A stretch of 64,000 nucleotides of DNA from Granulicella sp. (GCA_027339965.1 DAHWNL010000082.1:1-64000); one strand, 5' to 3'; positions 9,725 to 19,842 are shown, counted from the first letter of the stretch. Numbers and translations are program-made. Notes: generated by a model from the letters alone, not told the origin.

Positions 9725-10220
9725 AGAGCACATCTCCTGGTTGTGGGGCCACGGCCAGCGTGATGGTGAATAGCCCGTTGATGATCGCCGTCGTATATCC
9801 CACACCCTCCACCAAAACGGCGGAGTTGTATTGGAGGATCAACAGGGTTGACGGAGCAACCGTCAATGTGAAAACCGTATTCGTTCCATTGATGGTCCCT
9901 GCCGGCGACTGCGCGAACGGCGTCACCCCGGTTCCAGCGCCTCCGGACAAGCTCTGGTCCGGGTAGACCTGCTGCACGATCTCCGGCGCCTGCACCACCA
10001 TCGTATACAGCTGCGTGTTGTCCAGATAACAGCCGATCTGCCCCAGTCCATCGGTCTCCTGCGGATTGGGTGCAGGTGTCCCGCTGGTATCGCTGTACAC
10101 GCTGGCCAGCGGAGTCAGCGTCGCCACATTGGCCGGCTGGGTGAGGAAGTACACCTGGGCTCCGGCGATCGCCTGCCCCTGCGCGGTTTGCACCACGCGG
10201 TCGATTCGTGTGATGGCCAT
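9705..10220 (-). CDS. Phage tail/fibre-attachment protein
   Basis: N-terminal GQAIAGAQVY...NPQETDGLG (tailspike head-binding/CarboxypepD_reg-like); C-terminal GTINGTNTVFTL...AP.PGD.L phage repeat. Confidence 0.7.
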   Translation of the reverse strand: MAITRIDRVVQTAQGQAIAGAQVYFLTQPANVATLTPLASVYSDTSGTPAPNPQETDGLGQIGCYLDNTQLYTMVVQAPEIVQQVYPDQSLSGGAGTGVTPFAQSPAGTINGTNTVFTLTVAPSTLLILQYNSAVLVEGVGYTTAIINGLFTITLAVAPQPGDVLYAFGLL

Positions 10221-10223
10221 CGA

Positions 10224-10913
10224 TCAGGCTCCCGTGATCTTGCAGGTAAACTCGCCCGCTCCGGTTACGCCGCTTGGCAGGGCGCGATAGAACAACCACT
10301 TTTCGGTCACCGTCAGCCCATTGGCGGTCACGGCTCCGTTGGCCACTGTGGCAATGGTTCCAAGGGTCACAAACTGCGCTGGATCAAGGAACATGGAACC
10401 TTGCAGGCTGATGGTGGCCGTAGTGGGCAAGGTGGTGAACTCGCAGACCGCGGTCAGCGTGCGGTCCAGGTCGCCCCCAAAGCTGCTGTTAGCCATGGCC
10501 ACCGCGACGCTGGGGCCCGTTGTGCTGCTCAGCGCCTCAGGAATCTCCGGCTGGGGAACGATCGCAGCGCCCGCATCCGGTGTCGTCGCCAGGTCCGCCG
10601 CCGTCAACGCAAAGGAGACGCTGCCCACGCCGTTGGAGGCAATATCGACCGCCGTCAGAGCCTGGGCGGTCACGTTGAAGGCTCCGCCGTTGGTCACCGT
10701 GCCCTGCACGCTGATCAGCGATCCCGCCGCCGGTATCGAGCCTCCGTGAATCGTCACCCCGAGCGCGGCCACATCCGAGGAGACAGCCACGGAGGTTACA
10801 TACATCTGGGTGGGCGAACGGTCCTGCTCCCAGCTTCCGAACAGGTAAGCGGGAACTCCAGCGTAAAGATAGGGAACGGCAGGGCCAAACGGCGATGCGT
10901 TGAATGCGGGCAT
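10224..10913 (-). CDS. Phage virion structural protein (beta-rich)
   Basis: AAGGAG RBS, clean 229-aa ORF in the tail module. Confidence 0.65.
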   Translation of the reverse strand: MPAFNASPFGPAVPYLYAGVPAYLFGSWEQDRSPTQMYVTSVAVSSDVAALGVTIHGGSIPAAGSLISVQGTVTNGGAFNVTAQALTAVDIASNGVGSVSFALTAADLATTPDAGAAIVPQPEIPEALSSTTGPSVAVAMANSSFGGDLDRTLTAVCEFTTLPTTATISLQGSMFLDPAQFVTLGTIATVANGAVTANGLTVTEKWLFYRALPSGVTGAGEFTCKITGA

Positions 10914-11043
10914 ATCTGCTCCTTAAAATCGAAGTGCCCCGCGCCGGGGCGGTTGTCTTCGGCTCCTACTCAGGGGTGCTTGCCGCCCCGGAACGCTACC
11001 AGGTCGGGGGAGTGCTCTCCATGTTCAGGTAGAGATCGATTCT

Positions 11044-11640
11044 TCAACCCTTTCCCGGCCGGAATCCCAGGCTCCCCAGTCCCTGCATCAGGCCGGTGGC
11101 CTGTTGCAACCATCCAGAGTTGTTGGCGTTCGTCTCCGCATTGATGTCCCCGGCCTGCTGTCCGGCGGCTTGCAGCATGCCGCTGGTGTTGGTCCCATAC
11201 AGACCCTGCAGTTGGTTGGAGGCCGTCTGTTGCTGTTGCTGTTGCAGGTTGGCGTTGGCAGCGCCGATCTGCTCACTGGCATCCGCTGCGGCCTTGGCGC
11301 GTTGCCGCGCGGCGTCATCCAGCACGGCTGAAAGACTCCCACTGTTGTGCGTCTGGGCCGCGTTTTGCATTGCCCTGCCGGCGATCGCCGAGGTGGCTCC
11401 GCCGGCGCCGGCATCCGCTGCGGAAAGCATGCTGCTCAACTGCTGCTGGCTGTACCCCTGCGGGTGCTGCAGCTCGCCGGTCAGAAACGGCGTCAGCGTG
11501 CTGGAAATTCCACTCGCCTGCGCCCCTAACCCTGAACTCGTATTGGCCGCCGTCGTTGCGGCGTTTGCTGCCTGGCCTGTTGCTGATCTCATCGTGTCCT
11601 CCGCGTCCATAGATGCCAGCCCGGACGGTCCTTCTCCCAA
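11044..11640 (-). CDS. Small DNA-ejection/pilot protein (P22 gp7-like)
   Basis: A/Q/S/G-rich helical protein after the GNAT-like gene, the position of P22 gp7. Confidence 0.6.
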   Translation of the reverse strand: MGEGPSGLASMDAEDTMRSATGQAANAATTAANTSSGLGAQASGISSTLTPFLTGELQHPQGYSQQQLSSMLSAADAGAGGATSAIAGRAMQNAAQTHNSGSLSAVLDDAARQRAKAAADASEQIGAANANLQQQQQQTASNQLQGLYGTNTSGMLQAAGQQAGDINAETNANNSGWLQQATGLMQGLGSLGFRPGKG

Positions 11641-11978
11641 CCCAACTGCGCTAACCGCTTGTCAAAGCCAATCTCCGCAACGGCTGCATGAATCTCATCC
11701 AGCCCGCGCGCCCTGGCCTCCTCCAGCACGGCAGTCTGCAACTGCCGCATCGCGTCCATCTTGTTCCGCGGCCGCCCCGCCGGATCCAGAAACAGCATCG
11801 TCTCGGCGCATAACTTCAGCACTCCAGCGGCAACGATCCTTCCTTCATGCACCTTCACCTTCTTCACAAAGAAAAAGGCGTCGCTCAAATCGGGGAACGC
11901 ATAGTCGATCCCCTGCCGGGCATGCATCTTGCGCAAGCCTTCGACGTCCTCTGGTAAAAAATCTCGAATCAATGTCAC
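11589..11978 (-). CDS. GNAT-like virion assembly protein (P22 gp14/T7 gp13 position)
   Basis: GTG start overlapping the upstream stop; IRDFLPED start and EARARGLDEIHA...RLAQLGW end are GNAT-like. Confidence 0.55.
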   Translation of the reverse strand: MTLIRDFLPEDVEGLRKMHARQGIDYAFPDLSDAFFFVKKVKVHEGRIVAAGVLKLCAETMLFLDPAGRPRNKMDAMRQLQTAVLEEARARGLDEIHAAVAEIGFDKRLAQLGWEKDRPGWHLWTRRTR

Positions 11979-12565
11979 ACCGTCCTTTTGGCGGCCGGCG
12001 GTGAACCCCGCAGCAGCGTCTTGCCCAATCCTGACCCGCCTTGCTGACCGTTGCCGCTGGCCGTGCCGCTGCCGGTGGAAGGCAACAGAGTCAACTGCGT
12101 GCTCCCGGCCATCTTTACCGCCGTGGGAGAATCCCCGCCGTAGACCACCGGAGCGCTGGGCGGGCTGCCCGGCATCTGCGAGTAGCTGCGCACATACCAA
12201 CTCTGCGCGTTGCCGCTGGAGTCCAGGGTAGGAAGTGGAAACGGATGGCTGGTGCGGCTGGCTCCGTGGTCGATCACGATCGGCCTTGTAAAGCTCGGGC
12301 TATTCGCCACTTCAGTGAAGTATCGTATCCCTCGCTGCAGCGGCGCATTGTCAGTAATCGAAACGTGCATCATCTCACCGGCTACGGCCACATCCACCCT
12401 TTGGGGTGAATTCGGCGCGTTCACCTGCCCGACCGCTGCAACCCCCGCCGCCTGCGCCACCGAATTCACCGCAACCTGAAACTTGGTCCGCAGCAGAACT
12501 CCCAGCTTTGGCCACACCCTTTCCACCTCAGACAGAAGATCGCCCCCATCCAGATTGGCCATCAC
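11975..12565 (-). CDS. Phage tail protein, hypothetical
   Basis: Translationally coupled ORF directly after the nozzle gene. Confidence 0.6.
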   Translation of the reverse strand: MMANLDGGDLLSEVERVWPKLGVLLRTKFQVAVNSVAQAAGVAAVGQVNAPNSPQRVDVAVAGEMMHVSITDNAPLQRGIRYFTEVANSPSFTRPIVIDHGASRTSHPFPLPTLDSSGNAQSWYVRSYSQMPGSPPSAPVVYGGDSPTAVKMAGSTQLTLLPSTGSGTASGNGQQGGSGLGKTLLRGSPPAAKRTV

Positions 12566-15500
12566 CTCACCCCCGTCAGCACGTTATGGGGATGTCGCTT
12601 GCCCGTCAGCACCACATTGCTGATCTCCATCTTTCCGGTGGTGGAGAACTCCAGAAACGTCCGCGTCGCCGCAAAGTTCAATGGAGCTTCATGAATCTGC
12701 ACGCAAGGCTCAGAGAGGGGAAAGCCTCCCGGCAGCGTCCAGGGGAAGTACCCTGTGCTGCTGTCGGTCGGCCCTAGCAGCGTATTGGGTAAAAGGCGCA
12801 GGTTCAGCGTGCCGACTCCCGCCACCTGGTGCGTCACGTAGCTCCATAGTTTGCGGAACAGACCCAGAAGCGGCATCTGCGCAGCTTTGCTTGAGTTCAC
12901 CCATCCGTAGGTTGTATAAAGCGACTGGATCGGCGCTCCGTCATCGGTGGGAACCTCGCCTGGCTGCAGCTTGGTATTCAGGCGGTAGATCTTCGAGTTC
13001 CCGAGTCCATTGCAAAACCGCATCTCGCTGTCGAGCAGGGTGATCTCGCCGGTGGAGGCCAGGCTGACGGCTCCATTGCGACTCACCGCATTGGCATAGG
13101 GGCTCTGAATCTGCCAGATGGACCACTTGCGACGCATGTCGGTATCCATCAGCGTCCCGAACATCGTTGTGTGTACGCCGATCATGCTCTGCAGCTCGGA
13201 GCCCGTATCGCATCCCTGGTAGTTACACATCAGAATCACGTTGGGCGCAGTGGGCGCGGAATTAGGCGGCGCGTTGGGGAGCCAGAAGTTCGGCGTAGGC
13301 AACGGCACGCCCACGTACAGTTTGCGGTGGGTTACGTCCACCTTGACCCAGATCGAGCTGGCGGCGCTCCAGTTGAGGGCGTCCCAAATGGGAAAGATCT
13401 CCTCCATGATTCTGCCCGGCTGGCCGCCTTCGAACAGGTACAGCCCGTTGCGGCAGGCCTCCACGATCCACTGCGGGCCGAAGTCGTAGGCGTTGATTGC
13501 GCAGGCTCCGGCGCGCTGGGCCACCTCCGGTTCGTTCCAGTCGCCGGGCTCCTGATTGCCGCTGGACTGCAGGGAGTACATGCTGGCCTGCTTGAGGGCG
13601 TAGAAAGTGTCGTACATGATGACGGCGCCGTTGACCGGCTGCTGGTTTTCGCTGGTAAAGCCGACCACCCCGGTTACGCCGTCCACGCTCTCGGGATTAT
13701 TGGCATAACTGAAGTAGACGCTGGTGGAATCCACCGGCGCGTTGGTGGGAAAGATCTCGATGCGATCGATCTCGACGTCGGCTCCGGGGGCCAGACTGGC
13801 GGCGTAGAGTTGTAGCGTCAGGCCGGTGGGAACGGTGGTGAAGGCCGAGGTGAGCAGCGTGCCGGTGAGAGTCTGCATCTGGGTGCTCAGTTGCGCCAGC
13901 GGGATGGTGAAGGAACCAAGGATGGCGCCGTTGCTCTCCAGCGCGACCACCAGGCTTCCGCCGGAGTTGCCCGCAGGGGCGCGGGCGGTGACGCGCGCGC
14001 TGTAGAGCGTGTTGGGATCCAGGATGGGTTGCAGGTACGCGTCCTGGTAGGCCGACTGCTGAATCTTGCCGGCCTGGGTCAGGGTTCCAGCGCTGGAGTT
14101 CCTGATGTAGTAACTGTTGCCGAAGACGGGCGAGGCCAACAGGCTGCCGTAGGCGTCCGCGGCGGACCATCCCAAGGGCATCAACTGGCCACCCGGCAGG
14201 TAGCCTCCGTCGAAGCTGAGGTTGATGAAGTTCTGAATCTTGTTCTGACACAGGCCGTAGGCATTCCGGCCCGCGTAGCGAACGATCCAGCCGGGGTTGC
14301 CGATCTCGATCAGGTTGAAGAGGTTGTTGGCGTAGATATCGATTGCCTCAGCCTGTACCAGCGCACTGTCAGGGAAGGAGAAGCTGGCAGTGGTGGAGAC
14401 GTTGTCCAGGATGAACAGGCTGCTGGCGGTGTAAGTCGTTCCCTGCACGATGTACTGCACCGCAGTCGGAAGGGTGAAGAAGTTGGCTCCAGGCACGCCG
14501 TTGGATCCGGACTCCGTAAGCGCGATGCCGCGCGCCACCACGTTGGGCGGACCAATGGGAATCTGCGCGGCCAGAATTGAAGTGGTGTTGTCGGGGATAT
14601 CGAAGGTGACCGGAGGGCTGGGAGCGGTGTAGTAGCCGTTGCGGGTGATGAAGAAGACCACGCCCTGCTTGGTTCCGGGGCTGATGTACTGGCCTACCCC
14701 GGTGACGGTGATCTGCCCGCCCGTTGCATCGCCATAGATGGGCGAGGTGGAGCCGCCCAGGGTGAGCAGGCCGGGATCGAAGCAGAACTCAGTTCCGGCA
14801 GTTGTGGCCTGGCCCTGCTCCTGCTGAGCGGGATAGTTGGTGACGGCGGAGAAGCCCTGGATGGTGAAGGTTCCGATGTTGCTTCCGCTGACCGCGCTGA
14901 TGATCATATTGACGCCGTTGAGCGAACCGTTGGCGTTCAGCGTGCCGGTAATGGTGACCATCTGCCCTGCGGCGGGGTTGGCTCCGGAGATGACGGCGTA
15001 GCTATAGGTGGCTACTCCGGCGCTGAGGCTGGTCTGGGTGATGGTTATCGCGCCGGAGTTCAGTGTCTGCGCGATGGGCCAGGTGGCGTTCCAGGCGGCC
15101 ACGGAGCTGCCGGTGACCACGGCGCTGGAGCCCGTGGAGAGTTGCGGGACCGGCGACTGGGTGGTCATGGTGGCCAGGGTGATCTGGTAGTTGGCCGTAT
15201 AGCCTGCATTCCCGCTGCCGGCGTAAAAGAGATACTGGTTGGTGGGGACAACATAGGTGTAGTAGTAAAACTGCCGCGGCTGGCCTGGGGGCGAGGCCAG
15301 TCCCACGCTGGTCACCTGGGCGGTGATGGGCCCCTGCGGCTCCGCTACGCCGGTAAAGGAGGTGTACAGGTAGACGGCGCTGCCGCTGTTGAAGGCGTTC
15401 ACTAGCGTAGCATCCTCTCCGGTCTGGGTGGAGTCGGCGTAGTAGATTGTGACGACGTTGCCGGGCGAGGTGGATCCGGGTCCGGTGGACTGCAGGAAGT

Positions 15501-16503
15501 AGGCATAGCCCCAGCTCCTGGCCGGAGGCTGGGTAATGCTCTCCACAGCGTAGCTGGTGGTGGACGCGCTGGAGGCGGAGAAGACTGGCGAAGCTCCCGG
15601 GCCCACCTGGGAGATTCTGTCGATCCACTGGCCGTTGTACTGGCGCGGAATATCGCTGCCGGTGGTGAGGTTGTTGAAGGCTAGATACTGCACGCCGGGC
15701 CCATTGACGCCGCTGGCGAAAGAGCCGGGGGTGACGCCGCTGAACAGCAGGTTGAGCACGCCGGGCTCCCGGGCGACGTCCTCCATCCAGAAGTTGCCGT
15801 CCGCATCCAGCGAGAGGTTCTGCGCGTCGCCGTTCTGGTTGACGAAGGTGGTGATGAAGTTGAAGTTCGCGTTGGAGGTGGTCTGACCCACCTGAACGGT
15901 TACGTAATTCAGCAACGCCTGCGCGCCGCTGAAGGCGGACGTAGCCGAGATCTGCACGCCGAACTGTTGATTGTTGATGTCGTCGCAGCTGAACGCGGCT
16001 CCCCAAAGATCATTGGCGCTGCCCAGCGTGACGGTCCCCTGCAGCGATGGCAGAGTGACCGATTTGGCTGTTCCCACAGCGGCTCCGGCCTTGAGCAACT
16101 GCACGCTGAGGTTGACTACGGAGGCTCCAAAGCCGGAGATGGCCACGCTGATGCCAGTGGGCGTCACTGTCTGCGGCAGGCTGAAGTTGAACTCGCTCAC
16201 GGTAAGCAGATTGGCGCTGGAGGCGTTGACACTCGCGTAGCTGGTTCCGTTGGCCAGGATGGCGCTGGCGTCGGCCCAGGTGGAGCTGGCCGCGGTCTGG
16301 CCCGGATTGGGGCCGGAGCCGGCGGCCGCATAGCTGTAAACGCTCTGCAGGGGAGCGCGCGTCTGCGCGCTTCCCACCAGAAAGTCCATGTCATAGTTGC
16401 GCGGACTGGCACCCTCCGGAAGGTTCTCCGGGCGAATGAAGGCGACGAGGCCCCCATAGGTATCCAGGCTCACGGACTCAACAGCCGGGTTGATGTTATG
16501 CAT
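12562..16503 (-). CDS. Podovirus tail nozzle/stabilisation protein (P22 gp10/T7 gp12-like) with inserted beta-sandwich domains
   Basis: N-terminal YGGLVAFIRPENLPEGASPRNYDMDF, beta-propeller-like C-terminal third, 1313 aa. Confidence 0.7.
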   Translation of the reverse strand: MHNINPAVESVSLDTYGGLVAFIRPENLPEGASPRNYDMDFLVGSAQTRAPLQSVYSYAAAGSGPNPGQTAASSTWADASAILANGTSYASVNASSANLLTVSEFNFSLPQTVTPTGISVAISGFGASVVNLSVQLLKAGAAVGTAKSVTLPSLQGTVTLGSANDLWGAAFSCDDINNQQFGVQISATSAFSGAQALLNYVTVQVGQTTSNANFNFITTFVNQNGDAQNLSLDADGNFWMEDVAREPGVLNLLFSGVTPGSFASGVNGPGVQYLAFNNLTTGSDIPRQYNGQWIDRISQVGPGASPVFSASSASTTSYAVESITQPPARSWGYAYFLQSTGPGSTSPGNVVTIYYADSTQTGEDATLVNAFNSGSAVYLYTSFTGVAEPQGPITAQVTSVGLASPPGQPRQFYYYTYVVPTNQYLFYAGSGNAGYTANYQITLATMTTQSPVPQLSTGSSAVVTGSSVAAWNATWPIAQTLNSGAITITQTSLSAGVATYSYAVISGANPAAGQMVTITGTLNANGSLNGVNMIISAVSGSNIGTFTIQGFSAVTNYPAQQEQGQATTAGTEFCFDPGLLTLGGSTSPIYGDATGGQITVTGVGQYISPGTKQGVVFFITRNGYYTAPSPPVTFDIPDNTTSILAAQIPIGPPNVVARGIALTESGSNGVPGANFFTLPTAVQYIVQGTTYTASSLFILDNVSTTASFSFPDSALVQAEAIDIYANNLFNLIEIGNPGWIVRYAGRNAYGLCQNKIQNFINLSFDGGYLPGGQLMPLGWSAADAYGSLLASPVFGNSYYIRNSSAGTLTQAGKIQQSAYQDAYLQPILDPNTLYSARVTARAPAGNSGGSLVVALESNGAILGSFTIPLAQLSTQMQTLTGTLLTSAFTTVPTGLTLQLYAASLAPGADVEIDRIEIFPTNAPVDSTSVYFSYANNPESVDGVTGVVGFTSENQQPVNGAVIMYDTFYALKQASMYSLQSSGNQEPGDWNEPEVAQRAGACAINAYDFGPQWIVEACRNGLYLFEGGQPGRIMEEIFPIWDALNWSAASSIWVKVDVTHRKLYVGVPLPTPNFWLPNAPPNSAPTAPNVILMCNYQGCDTGSELQSMIGVHTTMFGTLMDTDMRRKWSIWQIQSPYANAVSRNGAVSLASTGEITLLDSEMRFCNGLGNSKIYRLNTKLQPGEVPTDDGAPIQSLYTTYGWVNSSKAAQMPLLGLFRKLWSYVTHQVAGVGTLNLRLLPNTLLGPTDSSTGYFPWTLPGGFPLSEPCVQIHEAPLNFAATRTFLEFSTTGKMEISNVVLTGKRHPHNVLTGVR

Positions 16504-16509
16504 GGGCTC

Positions 16510-16872
16510 TTACTCGCCGCGCAGGAACTCAAGGCGAAAGCCGATGGTATCGGCGTTGATGGCGGCTCCGCTGACCAGCTCCGCGCCGGCCTGGTAGATG
16601 CGCAGCGTCTGGTGCACCGTGTCGTAGAGATACTGGTACGTCCCGCCAGCCAGTGACTGGATGCTGGTCCAGACCGGAGTGGGTGTGAGGAAGTTGGGGA
16701 GGAAGGCTTCTCCGGCGGCGTTCACAAAGGTGAACGCGCAGGGGATGCCGTTGGTGGCGTAGTCGCCGCCGGAGCTGAGCGCCGCGGTTCCAAAGAGAAC
16801 CTGATGCCGCTGGGTGTTATCGACGCCATAGGGCTCGGCGTTGACGCTGAGAGTCAGGGTTGCTTCTGCCAT
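16510..16872 (-). CDS. Phage structural protein, hypothetical
   Basis: AAGGAG RBS, 120 aa, in the virion operon. Confidence 0.6.
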   Translation of the reverse strand: MAEATLTLSVNAEPYGVDNTQRHQVLFGTAALSSGGDYATNGIPCAFTFVNAAGEAFLPNFLTPTPVWTSIQSLAGGTYQYLYDTVHQTLRIYQAGAELVSGAAINADTIGFRLEFLRGE

Positions 16873-16892
16873 GATGTTCTCCTTGAAGTTGG

Positions 16893-17714
16893 TTAGAGAT
16901 CGTCATTCCACTGCGCGAAGTTCCCGACGGCCTGGTGGCCGAACTCACGGCGCAAGCTCTCCTGCCGCTGGGCGGCGCGCACCGTCTGCAGCATCAGATC
17001 GCCGATGCTTCCTCCATCGCCGTCCATGCCCTGACTGGCCAGGGTCGCGGCGGGAAGCTGATCGGGTGAGAAGCGGCGCGCATAGAGCACCAGCATCCGG
17101 TCCACGATGGCGTCCTGCGAGTCCAGCACCGGAACATAGGTCGTGCAGAAGTTCAGGTTGTCCCCCAGGATGGGAGGCAGCGCGATCTTGCAGCGCAGGC
17201 GCAGGTCCACGCTCTCCAGCGCTCCCGGCATCCACAGGGCGTTGCCGCGCCACTCATAGATGCGGTTGACGCCGCTCTGTTGCAGGGGCGGCAGGCCGTC
17301 GGGCGCGGCTTGCAAGGGAAAGAAGTCAGCGCCGGAGCCGTTCACCCGCTCCCATACCCGGTCGACGCCCATGGCTCCTGCGGGCAAGGTCCACTGGGCG
17401 TGGTTCTGGAAGCCGTCGAAGTAGCCCAGAAATCCCAGGCTGACCTGCACAGCCGGGTTGGGCTGCTCCAGCGCAGGCAGCCCCAGCAGGAGGTAGTTGT
17501 CCAGGATGAGCGCCGGGTCTCCGATGCTGCGCAGTTTGCGGTAGACCCAGCGGATGGCGGCGTTGAGGAACGGCAGCGTAAAGGGCGCCGTATTGGTGGC
17601 GATGATGCCGCCCTGCGGGCCATCCATCCCTCCGCCGTCGTCGTTGACCAGCGAGCGGAACAGGTCCATCATCCCTTGCAGATTAGGGTAGCGGATTGGA
17701 TAATTTACGGACAT
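16893..17714 (-). CDS. Head-tail adaptor (P22 gp4/T7 gp11-like)
   Basis: Helical N-terminus with FLNAAIRWVYRKL, beta middle, helical C-terminus; upstream of the nozzle gene. Confidence 0.55.
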   Translation of the reverse strand: MSVNYPIRYPNLQGMMDLFRSLVNDDGGGMDGPQGGIIATNTAPFTLPFLNAAIRWVYRKLRSIGDPALILDNYLLLGLPALEQPNPAVQVSLGFLGYFDGFQNHAQWTLPAGAMGVDRVWERVNGSGADFFPLQAAPDGLPPLQQSGVNRIYEWRGNALWMPGALESVDLRLRCKIALPPILGDNLNFCTTYVPVLDSQDAIVDRMLVLYARRFSPDQLPAATLASQGMDGDGGSIGDLMLQTVRAAQRQESLRREFGHQAVGNFAQWNDDL

Positions 17715-17798
17715 AAGCTCCTGAGATTAGACTTCGCAGGCGGCAGCGGCGGCCTTACGCCGAGACATGGAGCGTGGGAGGGCCGCCGCTGCAGCGCC

Positions 17799-18656
17799 TT
17801 ACGAAGAGCGAGGACGCGCAGAAGAACGCTTGGCCGGGGCATCTTCACTCCACCAGCGCTGCTCCTCCGGCACATCGGACTTGTTTCTGACGCCGGCCAT
17901 GACGGCCTTTTGCCAGTCCAGGATGCAGAGCGTGCCGCCCAGGGCCGTGCTCTTGTGGAAGGCGACGTTTTTCTTGATGGGATCGCCGCAGTTGGGGCAA
18001 TCCACGGTGGGCGCCATCGGTTTGTGGTACTCGCGCTGCTCGCCGAAGTAGTCCAGCGCCATGCGCAGATCCGTACCCTCTTCGCCTTTCAGCATGGCTT
18101 GCAGGCCGGGGCGGTCCGTCACCTCCAGCTCGTCGGCCTGGGCCATCAGGGCGCGGTAGTAGCGCTCACGGCGCAGCTCGGCGCGGCGAATCTCCTCTTC
18201 GCTGGGTGTCTCCTGCAGGCTGATGAACAGGCCCTGCGCGAACAGATCGCTGCCGCGGCTGGTGGAGAAGTAGGCAGCCATCTCGGGCGCGGCGTTCCAG
18301 TCCGGATCGTTGGTGGGATTGTTCGGATTCAGCAGGTCGATGGTGCAGCGCAGCCCGTCGTGCGCCTCGCCGCGGAACTTGCCGGTATCGGTGTTATGCA
18401 CCTTCTGCATCAGCGGATCAGGAATGCGCGTGACCAGAGCGTAGCGCCGGCCTTTGGGGCAGGCGCGCAGACGGAACTTGATCCACAGCGGAGGCCGGTC
18501 GACGATGAACTCGCGCGGCGAGACGGTAAAGATGTAGATGAAGCGCTCGGGTGGCCGCAGCATATTGCGGTCGATGCGTGGATCCCACGAATCCGCGTTC
18601 ATCTTCTGCATCAGAGGCTGAACCTCCGGGTCATCCAAGCCATGTAAGGTTGCCAT
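17799..18656 (-). CDS. Phage hypothetical protein with C-terminal Zn-ribbon
   Basis: CPNCG...H...C motif; AAGGAG RBS. Confidence 0.65.
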   Translation of the reverse strand: MATLHGLDDPEVQPLMQKMNADSWDPRIDRNMLRPPERFIYIFTVSPREFIVDRPPLWIKFRLRACPKGRRYALVTRIPDPLMQKVHNTDTGKFRGEAHDGLRCTIDLLNPNNPTNDPDWNAAPEMAAYFSTSRGSDLFAQGLFISLQETPSEEEIRRAELRRERYYRALMAQADELEVTDRPGLQAMLKGEEGTDLRMALDYFGEQREYHKPMAPTVDCPNCGDPIKKNVAFHKSTALGGTLCILDWQKAVMAGVRNKSDVPEEQRWWSEDAPAKRSSARPRSS

Positions 18657-18681
18657 TCTGTCTCCTTGGGTAGATTGAGGC

Positions 18682-19371
18682 TCAAAAGCCTGCTTCGCTC
18701 AACTGCATCAGGCCGCGGGGCATGCGGGCGGCAATGGCCATGGCCTGGCGCATGCCTCGCTCCATGACCTCCACCTTTTTCGCCAGCACGCTGGTGCGGC
18801 AGCCCTGGTTGGTGTAGCTGGCGGTTGCGCCACGGAAGGCCGGCGCGCAGTCGGCTTTGGCCTCCAGCATCTCGTCCAGCAGCTCATTCTCAGCCAGCTC
18901 GGCTTCCAGCTTGAGAGCTGCGGCTTTTTCTTCCTCGTTGAGCGCCTGCCAGAACTTCACCGCCGGCAGCATCACGTCCACCAGGAAGCTGCTCAGCTCC
19001 AGAATCTCGGCGCGCATCCGGCCGTCGACCGACTCATAGTGAACCAGGCGCTGGAGCACGACATACTGTCCGTGGAAGGGATAGTCGCCCAGCTCCTGCA
19101 GCCCGGTGGCCTCATCGCGGTGCTGATAGTACCAGCGCGTGGGCGAGCCGAAGTCCTGCGCTGGCTTCCACATCATCAGCAGCCAGCAGGGTTCTTTGCC
19201 GCCTACCAGAAAGTCGCGATAACCCAGGAAGCCGTCCCTGGCCCAGTAGCCTCCGGCGCGCGCCGTGGCGCACTCGCTCCAGAGCAGCTTGAAGACCGGC
19301 TCGCCGTATGGGTTGGTTCCACCCTGACGGGTGAAGGCGTCCTGAAACTCAGGGGGGCACTGCCTATGCAC
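18682..19371 (-). CDS. Phage hypothetical protein
   Basis: GTG start at 19371 overlapping the GroES-like gene end; aromatic-rich globular sequence (GGTNPYGEPVFKLLW). Confidence 0.6.
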   Translation of the reverse strand: MHRQCPPEFQDAFTRQGGTNPYGEPVFKLLWSECATARAGGYWARDGFLGYRDFLVGGKEPCWLLMMWKPAQDFGSPTRWYYQHRDEATGLQELGDYPFHGQYVVLQRLVHYESVDGRMRAEILELSSFLVDVMLPAVKFWQALNEEEKAAALKLEAELAENELLDEMLEAKADCAPAFRGATASYTNQGCRTSVLAKKVEVMERGMRQAMAIAARMPRGLMQLSEAGF

Positions 19372-19783
19372 GGTCCGGCTCTCCGCTGGAAGAGGCAGAG
19401 GGTGCGGACTCTTCCGAAGGCAACTTCCCGTGGGTATCGGCCACGCGGATGATGAAGGTGCGCACCTCATCGCGGGTGAAGGCGCGCTCGCCTGCCTGCT
19501 GCGTGCGCAGGTTGATGTACTCGCGCCCATACTCGCTGCAGTGCACCACATCACCTGCCTTGTAGGGCATGGGCATCAGCACGCCGGCCATGGGAACGCC
19601 GTCTCCCACGGCGAGCACGCGGCCGGTCATCGCCTTGGCGGCAAAGCGCTCGCTGCGCTCCAGGGTGAGTCCGCCGGGCGTGACGATGCGGTTGTCGTGC
19701 ACCGGAATCTCTTCGACGAAGATGCGATCCAGCACCGGCTGAAATGGGATAGGCGCTCGTCCATTGATCAAGGGAAGGCTCAT
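19364..19783 (-). CDS. GroES/Cpn10-like co-chaperonin
   Basis: FQPVLDRIFVE, TPGGLTL mobile loop, GRVLAVGDG and YKAGDVVHCSEYG follow the Cpn10 consensus PLxDRVLV..T.GGI...G.VvAVG.G...vKvGD.V...Y.G. Confidence 0.85.
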   Translation of the reverse strand: MSLPLINGRAPIPFQPVLDRIFVEEIPVHDNRIVTPGGLTLERSERFAAKAMTGRVLAVGDGVPMAGVLMPMPYKAGDVVHCSEYGREYINLRTQQAGERAFTRDEVRTFIIRVADTHGKLPSEESAPSASSSGEPDRA

Positions 19784-19805
19784 GTCTCTTCTGTCTCTCT
19801 TTCAT

Positions 19806-19842
19806 AAAAACTTGAGGGAGGGTGAAGAATCACCCTCCCTCA
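19806..19842 (-). terminator. Intrinsic terminator downstream of the capsid gene
   Basis: Perfect 13-bp stem TGAGGGAGGGTGA-AGAA-TCACCCTCCCTCA followed by AGTTTTT on the minus strand. Confidence 0.75.
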
